IMG/VR virus record: IMGVR_UViG_3300045974_000563
Strand: one strand, 5' to 3'
Source: a virus
DNA length: 37,520 nucleotides
Below the pieces are notes generated by a model that was given only the letters and a program-made list of their open reading frames with translations, searched no databases and was not told the origin of the DNA. The position numbers were made by a program, and so were the translations under genes. Every line of letters starts with the position of its first letter. The first letter of the stretch is position 1. This document shows positions 6,330-13,845 of this stretch, piece by piece.

Positions 6330-8470
6330 TTACCGGACCCACCGTCATTACCGGACCCACCGTCTTACTCGAAGGAACCATCTCAATGAATGACCTGACC
6401 GACCTCAAGCACATCGAAGCGACTCAGCTCTGCCACAGCCAGGCGCTGCTGATTGCCGAGATCCACCCCAGCCCAACCAACCCGCGCAAGACCTTCCCCG
6501 AAGCCGATATGGCGGAGATGGTCGACAGTGTCAAGCGCCACGGTGTCATGCAAGCCATCCTAGTCCGCCCGTGGCCAGAGGCCTATGCCTTCGAGGGCGA
6601 GCGCCCGAAGTATGAACTGATTGCCGGCGAGCGCCGCTATCGCGCTGCTAAAACCGCCGGCCTGACCTACATCAGCGCCACCGTTCGCGATCTGGATGAT
6701 CATGAAACCCTCGAGCTGCAGATCGTCGAGAACCTGCACCGCAAAGACCTTAACGAGCTCGAAGAAGCCGAAGGCTACGAGATGATGGTCAAGCGCTATG
6801 GCTACACCGCCGAGCAGCTGGCTGAGAAGATCGACAAGAGCAAGGCCTACATCTACGCGCGCCTCAAGCTGACCGCCGCCGGCGAAGCAGCCCGTACTGC
6901 ATTTCGCGAAGGCCACCTTGATGCTTCTCGCCTTCTGTTGATCGCCCGGATTCCGACTGAAAGGCTACAAGAAGAAGCGTTGGCAGAAATCAACGACGAA
7001 GGCTATCGCGGGCCCATGAATTACCGCCAGGCGGCGAAATACATCCAGGAAAACTATATGCTGGATCTGGCCAAGGCACCTTTCTTGTCGTCCGACCCCG
7101 AGCTTATTCCCATGGCCGGCCAATGCGGAACCTGCCCCAAGCGAACCGGCAACAATCCAGATCTTTACCCAGAGGTGAAAAGTGCAGACATCTGCACCGA
7201 CACAGCCTGTTTTGCGGCCAAGAAAACCGCCCACTTCGTCCGCATCAAGGATGCTGCCAAGACGCAAGGTAGAACCGTAGTTGATGGTGAAGCCGCCGTA
7301 AAACTGCTACGCAACGGCGATTGGGATATCAAGGGCTTCGTCAAACTTGACGATAAATGCTACCAGGCAGGTTTCCGATCAGAAGGTGGATATCCCACCT
7401 ATCGCGAATTATTGGCTGATAAAGGCGTACCGGTCACGCTGATCGAGAAGCTGGACGGCACGCTGATCGAGACGGTCGAGGAGAAAGCCTTCACCGCTAT
7501 CGCCGCCGAAGTCGGCGCCAAGCCCAAGACAACGAGCAACAGCGGCGATAAGGAGCGCACCGCTAAGGAAAAAGCCGAAAACGAATTCCGCCAGCGCCTG
7601 TTTGATCAGGTCAGCCGCGCCTATCAGGAATCATTTGACGGGCAAGACCACCTGGATATCTTCAGCCTGCGTTTGATCGCTCGCCAGTTCTTTTCCTGTA
7701 CCTGGAACGAATACCAGAAAAAGCTGGCCACCCGCTGGCTACCCAGCGAAGAGAAAATCGACTCGCACGAGCGCATCCAGCAACTCACTCGGCTGATCGA
7801 TACCATGCCGTTGGCGCAGCTTAATCTGTTCATGATCGAACTGGCCCTGATCGGCATGTCGCACGTCGGTAGCTATGGCGCTACGGAAACTCCAGCCCCC
7901 TTCCTCGCTGCCGCTCAGCATATGCTCATCTCGCCAGACACGATTCGGCGCGAGATCAAGGCCGAACAGGATGCCAAGGCGGCTGGCAAGGGCAAGAAGG
8001 CGGCGAAGACCGCAAGCCCGGAGTTTGCCGAAGGCAGCTATGTCGAGATCATCGCCTACGATACCCAGAAGGATCTGATTGGTTCCTTTGGCCAGGTCAA
8101 AGCCGTCGGCCGCGCCATCGCTTCCGGAAAACCGATCTACACGCTGCTGCTCGCCGATGGCCTTTCCCTAGTTGCCGATTCAACCGAGCTAGCCAGCGCC
8201 ACACAGGCCGCTTTCGAGACCCAACAGGACGAACGCAATCCGGCGAATGCCGCCGCACAGGCCGGCGACGAACCCGCCGTGGTCCACAGCAAACGTGTTG
8301 TCACCCCCATCGCTTATCGCCACCCCGACAACGTCGGTCTGGCATGGACAGGCCGCGGCCGTCAGCCCAAATGGGTTGAGCACTGGCTGGCGCAGGACGG
8401 TAACACCCTGGAACAGCTTGCTGTTGGCCAGCCGCGCTGTGACAAGACGATTGACATCCCCGGGCTGTAA
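6326..8470 (+). CDS. ParB/Srx N-terminal domain protein with a Cys-rich ribbon and an H-NS-like C-terminal DNA-binding domain
   Basis: YELIAGERRYRAAKTAGL...IVENLHRKDLNELEEAEGY is the ParB box. Cys cluster: CGTCPKRTG...ICTDTAC. C-terminus AYRHPDNVGLAWTGRGRQPKWVEHWLAQDGNTLEQL carries the H-NS TWTGRGRxPxW motif. An alternative start is ATG 6386. Confidence 0.7.
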   Translation: MITGPTVITGPTVLLEGTISMNDLTDLKHIEATQLCHSQALLIAEIHPSPTNPRKTFPEADMAEMVDSVKRHGVMQAILVRPWPEAYAFEGERPKYELIAGERRYRAAKTAGLTYISATVRDLDDHETLELQIVENLHRKDLNELEEAEGYEMMVKRYGYTAEQLAEKIDKSKAYIYARLKLTAAGEAARTAFREGHLDASRLLLIARIPTERLQEEALAEINDEGYRGPMNYRQAAKYIQENYMLDLAKAPFLSSDPELIPMAGQCGTCPKRTGNNPDLYPEVKSADICTDTACFAAKKTAHFVRIKDAAKTQGRTVVDGEAAVKLLRNGDWDIKGFVKLDDKCYQAGFRSEGGYPTYRELLADKGVPVTLIEKLDGTLIETVEEKAFTAIAAEVGAKPKTTSNSGDKERTAKEKAENEFRQRLFDQVSRAYQESFDGQDHLDIFSLRLIARQFFSCTWNEYQKKLATRWLPSEEKIDSHERIQQLTRLIDTMPLAQLNLFMIELALIGMSHVGSYGATETPAPFLAAAQHMLISPDTIRREIKAEQDAKAAGKGKKAAKTASPEFAEGSYVEIIAYDTQKDLIGSFGQVKAVGRAIASGKPIYTLLLADGLSLVADSTELASATQAAFETQQDERNPANAAAQAGDEPAVVHSKRVVTPIAYRHPDNVGLAWTGRGRQPKWVEHWLAQDGNTLEQLAVGQPRCDKTIDIPGL
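6329..6364 (+). repeat. Perfect 18-bp tandem duplication attaccggacccaccgtc x2
   Basis: Read directly. It encodes ITGPTV ITGPTV if the ParB-like ORF starts at 6326. Confidence 0.9.
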
Positions 8471-8495
8471 TTCATCCACAACGAAAGGAAGATTC

Positions 8496-9092
8496 ATGCA
8501 ACAAACGCAAACCCCGCAAATCGGCACTGCCTTCGAAGGCGGTTTCTTTGGCGGCGTCATCAACGTCAATGGCCATCACAAGGGCGTCATCTGGGCCCCG
8601 AAAAAACCCGGCAGCTTTCCTGCCGTTCTGTTGGATGAAGACAAAATCGTCACCGATGCCGGCAGCCCGTTCGACTGCCTTAACAATACTCTGGCGCTGC
8701 TCTCCGCCGGCAGCCATGCCGCCAAGTATGTAACGGGTCTGAAGATCAACGGCTTCCAGGACTGGCTGATTCCATCGCGCGACGTGCTCGAGCTCGGTTA
8801 TCGCCACTTCAAGCCGACCACGGACACGAACTGGTGTAGCTGGCGCGACGGCGAGAACCACAACAGCGTTCCACCAGGCTGGCTCTACACCCGTCAACTG
8901 CCTAGCCAGACATCACTCGAAGCCTTCAAGGCCGGCGGCGATGAGGCCTTCGATGTCGTCTGGCATTGGTCATCAACCGTACATCCCGATGGCGACTCGG
9001 CGTTCATCCAGCACTTCTTCCTCGGCAGCCAGTGCGACAGCGCCCTCTCTGCCGAGTGTCGGGTCCGTGCCGTCAGGCTGATTCAACTTTGA
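8496..9092 (+). CDS. DGR target protein 2 (type B): DUF1566/C-type-lectin-like, carrying VR2
   Basis: ATG 8496 follows RBS aaaggaag. Motifs GGFFGG...DWLIPSRDVLEL...WHWSST...AFIQHFFLGSQCDSALSAECRVRAVRLIQL. The 3' end matches the TR. Confidence 0.85.
   Translation: MQQTQTPQIGTAFEGGFFGGVINVNGHHKGVIWAPKKPGSFPAVLLDEDKIVTDAGSPFDCLNNTLALLSAGSHAAKYVTGLKINGFQDWLIPSRDVLELGYRHFKPTTDTNWCSWRDGENHNSVPPGWLYTRQLPSQTSLEAFKAGGDEAFDVVWHWSSTVHPDGDSAFIQHFFLGSQCDSALSAECRVRAVRLIQL
8996..9076 (+). repeat. DGR variable repeat VR2
   Basis: Ungapped alignment to TR 10805..10885. There are 11-13 differences, all at TR adenines. Confidence 0.9.
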
Positions 9093-9127
9093 TCCTTGAA
9101 TCCTTCAATACTTATCAGGAACTCATC

Positions 9128-9721
9128 ATGCAGCCCACCAATTTCACTATCGGCGCCGCCCTTGAGGGCGGATTTTTCGGCGGAATTATCAACGTCTCCG
9201 GTCAACAAAAAGGCGTCATCTGGGCGCCGAAGCAGGAAGGCCAGATCAAGGCTCGCCTGATGCCGCAAGGTCGCCGCATCCTGTCGGCCCATAGCCCGAA
9301 TGACTGCCTGACCAATACGCAGCAATTGCTTGGTGTCGGCAGCCCAGCCGCTCAGCGCATCGCCGAAATGAACATCAATGGCTTCGCCGACTGGCTCATT
9401 CCGTCCCGCGACGTGCTCGAACTCGGCTATCGCCATTTCAAGCCGACCACCTACAAAAACTATTGCAGCTGGCGCGATGGCGAGAACCTCAACAGCGTTC
9501 CACCAGGCTGGCTCTACACCCCGGAACATCCGGCGCAGACGGCACTGGTTGATTTCCAGATAGATGGCACCGAAGCCTTCGACGATTACTACTACTGGAC
9601 CTCGACCGTCCTGCCGACTGGCGAAACGGCGTTCTTCCAGACCTTCCTCAACGGCGTCCAGGGCGACAGCGTCCTCTCTGCCGAGTGTCGGGTCCGTGCC
9701 GTCAGGCTGATTCAACTTTAA
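9128..9721 (+). CDS. DGR target protein 3 (type B, tandem paralog of target 2), carrying VR3
   Basis: MQPTNFTIGAALEGGFFGGIINV...DWLIPSRDVLELGYRHFKPT...YYWTST...AFFQTFLNGVQGDSVLSAECRVRAVRLIQL. Confidence 0.85.
   Translation: MQPTNFTIGAALEGGFFGGIINVSGQQKGVIWAPKQEGQIKARLMPQGRRILSAHSPNDCLTNTQQLLGVGSPAAQRIAEMNINGFADWLIPSRDVLELGYRHFKPTTYKNYCSWRDGENLNSVPPGWLYTPEHPAQTALVDFQIDGTEAFDDYYYWTSTVLPTGETAFFQTFLNGVQGDSVLSAECRVRAVRLIQL
9625..9705 (+). repeat. DGR variable repeat VR3
   Basis: Ungapped alignment to TR 10805..10885. There are 11 differences, all at TR adenines, including atc->ttc. Confidence 0.9.
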
Positions 9722-9757
9722 CCCTTGAATCCTTCAATCCTTCATCGGAAAACCACC

Positions 9758-10240
9758 ATGAAACTGCATATCGAGAATCTCAATATCACCGTGTCTCACC
9801 CTCAGCAGCCTGCAGGGCTGCTCGCGACGCTGGCCTTTGCCAACGCCGTATCCAGCACGCCAGCACCAGCGATCGGCGAGAAATGGCCGGGCACCGAAGC
9901 CACCTATGCCGGCATCGCGCTTTCCAGCGCCGGCGACAGCCTCGTCCATCTGCTGCTCTGGGATGAGTCGAACGATATCGCCCTGCCCTACGCCAAAGCT
10001 GTTGCCTACGCCGAAACGGTAAATCGCGACATGAACAGCCACCTCCCGACGCGCCATCAAAGCATCACGCTCTTCGAGAACCTGCAGGCCAGCTTCAACC
10101 AGGACTACTACCACTGGACGCTGACCAAAACCAAGAGCGGTAAATCGGCGTTCATCCAGTTCTTCACCTACGGCTACCAGTACACCTGCGACCTCTCTGC
10201 CGAGTGTCGGGTCCGTGCCGTCAGCGAGATTCCACTTTAA
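9758..10240 (+). CDS. DGR target protein 4 (type A paralog of target 1), carrying VR4
   Basis: ATG at 9758 (the track start 9725 is a TTG). IGEKWPGTEATYAGIALSS... parallels target 1. C-terminus AFIQFFTYGYQYTCDLSAECRVRAVSEIPL. Confidence 0.85.
   Translation: MKLHIENLNITVSHPQQPAGLLATLAFANAVSSTPAPAIGEKWPGTEATYAGIALSSAGDSLVHLLLWDESNDIALPYAKAVAYAETVNRDMNSHLPTRHQSITLFENLQASFNQDYYHWTLTKTKSGKSAFIQFFTYGYQYTCDLSAECRVRAVSEIPL
10144..10225 (+). repeat. DGR variable repeat VR4
   Basis: Ungapped alignment to TR 10805..10886. There are 9-10 differences, all at TR adenines. Confidence 0.9.
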
Positions 10241-10280
10241 TCCTTTAACCCTTTAGTCCTTTAGTCCTTTAGTCCTTCAA
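10241..10280 (+). repeat. Five tandem octamers (tcctttaa ccctttag tcctttag tcctttag tccttcaa), starting at the first base after the target-4 stop
   Basis: Read directly. Shorter arrays of the same octamer follow the stops of targets 1-3 (5504..5519, 9093..9108, 9722..9745). Confidence 0.9.
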
Positions 10281-10282
10281 CC

Positions 10283-10660
10283 ATGCTTCATACCAACCTG
10301 CCGATTTACAAGAAGGGTTACGACTTGTTAACCCTTGCCGCCGATGTTCAGCTGAACATGCCCCGCACGTTCAAGCAAAGCCTCGGCAAGCGCGTTTCAG
10401 ACGAATGCGTCGATCTGCTCCTCGAAATCGGCTACGCCAATGCCAGCCGAGGCGAAGCACGCTGCGAGCACATCCGCAGCGTGCTTCGCGGGCTGGAAGT
10501 GGTCTCACTGATGATGCGAGTCAGTTTCGACAAGGGCTTTATCTCGCGAAAGATATGGGCCTGCAGCATCGAAATGACCAGCACCATTGGCGGCCAGGCA
10601 GGCGGATGGCTGAAGAAGTCAGCACCCGCGTCTGATTCACAGGGGTCAAGGCTCCTATGA
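10283..10660 (+). CDS. avd: DGR accessory variability determinant (Avd-like four-helix-bundle protein)
   Basis: 125-aa basic helical ORF directly upstream of the TR and RT. N-terminus LPIYKKGYDLLTLAADVQLNMPRTFKQSLGKRV is typical of Avd. Its stop overlaps the RT ORF ATG (ATGA). Confidence 0.8.
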   Translation: MLHTNLPIYKKGYDLLTLAADVQLNMPRTFKQSLGKRVSDECVDLLLEIGYANASRGEARCEHIRSVLRGLEVVSLMMRVSFDKGFISRKIWACSIEMTSTIGGQAGGWLKKSAPASDSQGSRLL

Positions 10661-11988
10661 CCGTGCGCTTTATGAATCTGGTCGCACCCCTGCCCCACAA
10701 GGGCACGGACATGCACACCACGGATACCGCAGATCTCTTCTCTGGCTGGTCCGGTGCAGTTTCCCCGCTGAACAGTCAGCAGGGCGACGTCGATAGTGCG
10801 AACGAACGGCGTTCATCCAGAACTTCAACAACGGCAACCAGAACAACAACGACCTCTCTGCCGAGTGTCGGGTCCGTGCCGTCAGCAGATTCATCCCACT
10901 ACACCTTCGAGTTGTTGCTGCGTGCGTATCTGGATTGTCGCAAGCACAAGCGCAACTCGAAGAGTGCCCTGGCCTTCGAGCAGGATCTCGAACGCAACCT
11001 GTGGCAGCTGCACCTGGAACTGAGCGACGGTTCCTACTCCCCCGGAAAATCGATCTGCTTCGTCATCACGCGCCCGAAACCGCGCGAAGTATGGGCTGCC
11101 GATTTCCGCGATCGCATCGTGCATCACCTGTTGCACAACCAGGTTGGCCCCCGCTTCTACGCCCGCTTCATTGCCGACTCCTGCGCTTGCATTGCCGGCC
11201 GTGGCACACTGTACGCAGCTGAACGACTCGAGGCCAAAGTCCGCAGCATTACGCAAAACTGGCGGCGCCCGGCCTACTACCTCAAGTGTGACCTGGCCAA
11301 TTTCTTTGTCGCGATCGACAAGCACATTGTGCAGGCACTGTTCGCCAAGCACATCAACGAACCATGGTGGCTGGCGCTGGCAGAAACCATCCTGTTTCAC
11401 GATCCGCGCCAGAACTTTGAATACCAGGGCAACCCGGCTTTACTGGAACGCGTTCCGCCGCATAAGCGCCTGAGCAGCCAACCGGCCCACCTTGGGCTGC
11501 CGATCGGCAATCTGTGGTCGCAGTTCTCCGCCAACGTTCTGCTCAATGTGCTTGACCAGTTCGTCAAGCACGAGCTGCATTGCCGGCACTACATCCGCTA
11601 CGTCGATGATTTCATCCTTCTACACGAGTCGGCACAGTGGCTCAATGCCGCCAAGGCCCGGATCGAGCAGCTGCTTGCCAAACAACTGGCAATGCATCTC
11701 AACCCCAGCAAAACCATCCTGCAGCCCATCAAGCGCGGCATTGATTTCGTCGGCCAGGTCACTAAGCCCCATCGCCGCACTCTGCGCCGCAAAACCTTCA
11801 AAGACGCCATCCGGCGACTCGAATCCATCGACGCCACCGATGTTTTTCAGACGGCCAACAGCTATTTTGGCCTTCTTCGTCAGACCACCCACAGCCATCA
11901 AGACCGGGCCATTCTCAGCAACACCCTTCGCCATCGCGGCCACAGCATCAAGGCCGATCTCACCAAGACCTATCGGAGAACCGCATGA
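10657..11988 (+). CDS. DGR reverse transcriptase (true start uncertain; the TR lies within the 5' part of the long ORF)
   Basis: RT motifs FRDRIVHHLL, GLPIGNLWSQFSANVLLNVLD (DGR-type IGNLTSQ-like) and YVDDFILL. Follows avd and the TR. Confidence 0.9.
   Translation: MTVRFMNLVAPLPHKGTDMHTTDTADLFSGWSGAVSPLNSQQGDVDSANERRSSRTSTTATRTTTTSLPSVGSVPSADSSHYTFELLLRAYLDCRKHKRNSKSALAFEQDLERNLWQLHLELSDGSYSPGKSICFVITRPKPREVWAADFRDRIVHHLLHNQVGPRFYARFIADSCACIAGRGTLYAAERLEAKVRSITQNWRRPAYYLKCDLANFFVAIDKHIVQALFAKHINEPWWLALAETILFHDPRQNFEYQGNPALLERVPPHKRLSSQPAHLGLPIGNLWSQFSANVLLNVLDQFVKHELHCRHYIRYVDDFILLHESAQWLNAAKARIEQLLAKQLAMHLNPSKTILQPIKRGIDFVGQVTKPHRRTLRRKTFKDAIRRLESIDATDVFQTANSYFGLLRQTTHSHQDRAILSNTLRHRGHSIKADLTKTYRRTA
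10805..10886 (+). repeat. DGR template repeat (TR), rich in AAC codons in the VR reading frame
   Basis: aacggcgttcatccag AAC ttc AAC AAC ggc AAC cag AAC AAC AAC gac ctctctgccgagtgtcgggtccgtgccgtcagc. It carries A wherever the four VRs differ. Confidence 0.9.
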
Positions 11989-12827
11989 CCATTCCGCTTT
12001 GCATTTACCACCACGCCTGCGCAGATGGCGTTGCCGCTGCCTGGGCGGTGCGCGAGCACTATCGCCTCAAAGGCAGCGATGTTGAATTCTTTCCCGGCAT
12101 CTACGACGAGGCGCCGCCCGACGTCACTGGACGCGATGTGATCATGGTCGATTTCAGTTACAAGCGCCCAGTCTTGCTGCAGATGGCCGAGCAAGCCAAT
12201 AGTCTGCTCGTCATCGACCATCATAAAACCGCTATGCAAGATATTATCGATCTTCCTTTTTCGATCGATCTGGAATTTTCCCTTAACCATTCGGGCGCAA
12301 TGCTTGCATGGAACCGCTTTCACCCAGGCCAAGATGCACCGCTGCTCTTCGATCATATCCAGGACCATGACCTCTGGCGCTTCGCGCTTAGCCATACCCG
12401 TGAGATCACCGCCGCCGTCTATTCCCACCCGATCACACCAACGAACTTCGGCGACCTAATCAACGCCGGTATCCGGTCGCTGATCGCCGAAGGGATTTCC
12501 CTGTTGCGCAAGCAGCGTCATGACATCGATGCCATTATCCGCGATGCAGTTCGCCAGATGCGCTTTGGCGAGACGCTGGTCCCCGCCGCCAACGTACCCT
12601 GGATGTACGCCAGCGACGTCGCCGGGATCCTGGCCGAAGGCCAACCCTTTGCCGTCACCTATTACGACGATGCCAAGGGCCGGCGCTTTTCCTTGCGTTC
12701 CACCCCGGACGGTGCAGACGTCTCCACGATCGCCGAGGCCTTCGGCGGCGGCGGTCATGAACATGCGGCCGGATTTCGCATGACGCGGGAAGAAGCGATC
12801 GATTTCGAAGTGGCGGGAGGGGTGTGA
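11985..12827 (+). CDS. DHH/DHHA1 family phosphoesterase
   Basis: Motifs HHACADG, IMVDFS, VIDHHKT, QDHDLW and GGGGHEHAAGF. The ATG overlaps the RT stop (ATGA), with ggagaa as the RBS. Confidence 0.75.
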   Translation: MTIPLCIYHHACADGVAAAWAVREHYRLKGSDVEFFPGIYDEAPPDVTGRDVIMVDFSYKRPVLLQMAEQANSLLVIDHHKTAMQDIIDLPFSIDLEFSLNHSGAMLAWNRFHPGQDAPLLFDHIQDHDLWRFALSHTREITAAVYSHPITPTNFGDLINAGIRSLIAEGISLLRKQRHDIDAIIRDAVRQMRFGETLVPAANVPWMYASDVAGILAEGQPFAVTYYDDAKGRRFSLRSTPDGADVSTIAEAFGGGGHEHAAGFRMTREEAIDFEVAGGV

Positions 12828-13327
12828 TCGTGAGCCACACAAATATACCCTGGTCAACCAGAACCGGGCGCCATCTCGGTGAAACGCTCATCGTTGGGGA
12901 TAATGGCCGTCAGGTCATCGGATATTTTCAGCAGCCCAATATCGGGGGGTCACACGAAGACAATGCGCTACGAACCATCTCCTGCGTCAATGCCTGTGCT
13001 GGAATTCCCAACGACTATATCTCTAATGTTGTTTCCTTTGGCCTTCAAGGTCACAACAAAGTTTCAGACGATCTAATGGCAGCTCGAGATGCTTTGCTGC
13101 ACGAAGGCATGCAGCGCGATGACCTTCTGGCTGCACTTCACGCGATTGTTGCAGAACTTAACCAAGGATTGAACTGCTCGCAAACGACCATTCGTAAAAT
13201 AACTCAGGAAGCCATCGCCAGCGTGGAAGAATCGGCAGTTGTCAAGGATTCCTTGACAACTGAAATATCAATCCCCGCCCTCGTCTTCTACCCTGCCGGC
13301 AGCCTGGGCGAAGAGGTGCAGCCTTGA
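12824..13327 (+). CDS. Hypothetical protein (about 165 aa), more AT-rich than its neighbours
   Basis: ORF track. GTG start at 12824 or 12830 after gggagggg. Overlaps both neighbours. Confidence 0.5.
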   Translation: MIVSHTNIPWSTRTGRHLGETLIVGDNGRQVIGYFQQPNIGGSHEDNALRTISCVNACAGIPNDYISNVVSFGLQGHNKVSDDLMAARDALLHEGMQRDDLLAALHAIVAELNQGLNCSQTTIRKITQEAIASVEESAVVKDSLTTEISIPALVFYPAGSLGEEVQP

Positions 13328-13845
13328 CCTGGCTACTCACCGCCTCCGGCAAGCAGTTCGATCCCGTCGACCCGCAACCCGACATGATTGACTTGGTCGA
13401 TATCGCCAATGGCCTATCGAACGAATGCCGCTTTGCCGGCCAGTGTCGATACTTCTACAGCGTCGCCCAACACTCGGTACTGGTCAGCCAGAACGTACCC
13501 CGCGAAAACGCCTGGGAAGCTCTGCTGCATGATGCCGCGGAAGCCTATATCAAGGATATCCCGGCGCCGATCAAGCGACTGCTCCCAGACTACCGCGCCC
13601 TCGAGCACAAGATCGAGGCCGCGATCCGCGCCCGCTTTGGCCTGCCGGATAGCCAGACACCCATTGTCAAGCATGCCGATCTCGTTTTGCTCGCCACCGA
13701 GCGCCGTGACCTGATGCCGCAAGATGGCAGTTCCTGGCAGATGCTCAAGGGGATCACTCCGCTCGATAAGCGCATTCGGGCCGTGCATTCATCAGCCGCC
13801 AAATCCCTGTTCATGCAGCATGCTCTGGAGGTACTGCAGGCATGA
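13324..13845 (+). CDS. HD-domain phosphohydrolase (YfbR-like 5'-nucleotidase type)
   Basis: SVAQHSV...LLHDAAEAYIKDIPAPIK...HADLVLLATE match the HD metal-binding motifs. TTG start overlaps the upstream stop. Confidence 0.65.
   Translation: MTWLLTASGKQFDPVDPQPDMIDLVDIANGLSNECRFAGQCRYFYSVAQHSVLVSQNVPRENAWEALLHDAAEAYIKDIPAPIKRLLPDYRALEHKIEAAIRARFGLPDSQTPIVKHADLVLLATERRDLMPQDGSSWQMLKGITPLDKRIRAVHSSAAKSLFMQHALEVLQA

Noticed and set aside
5504-10280. The short repeat arrays as a CRISPR array or minisatellite.
   Set aside because: The units are 8 bp with no spacers, and the arrays occur only after VR-gene stop codons. They are reported instead as a DGR-associated flank.
10657-11988. The RT as a retron, group II intron or Abi-type defence RT.
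   Set aside because: A TR/VR set with adenine-only differences, an adjacent Avd-like gene and DGR-type motif 4 (IGNLWSQ) fit a DGR. No intron RNA domains or msr/msd-like structure were noticed.
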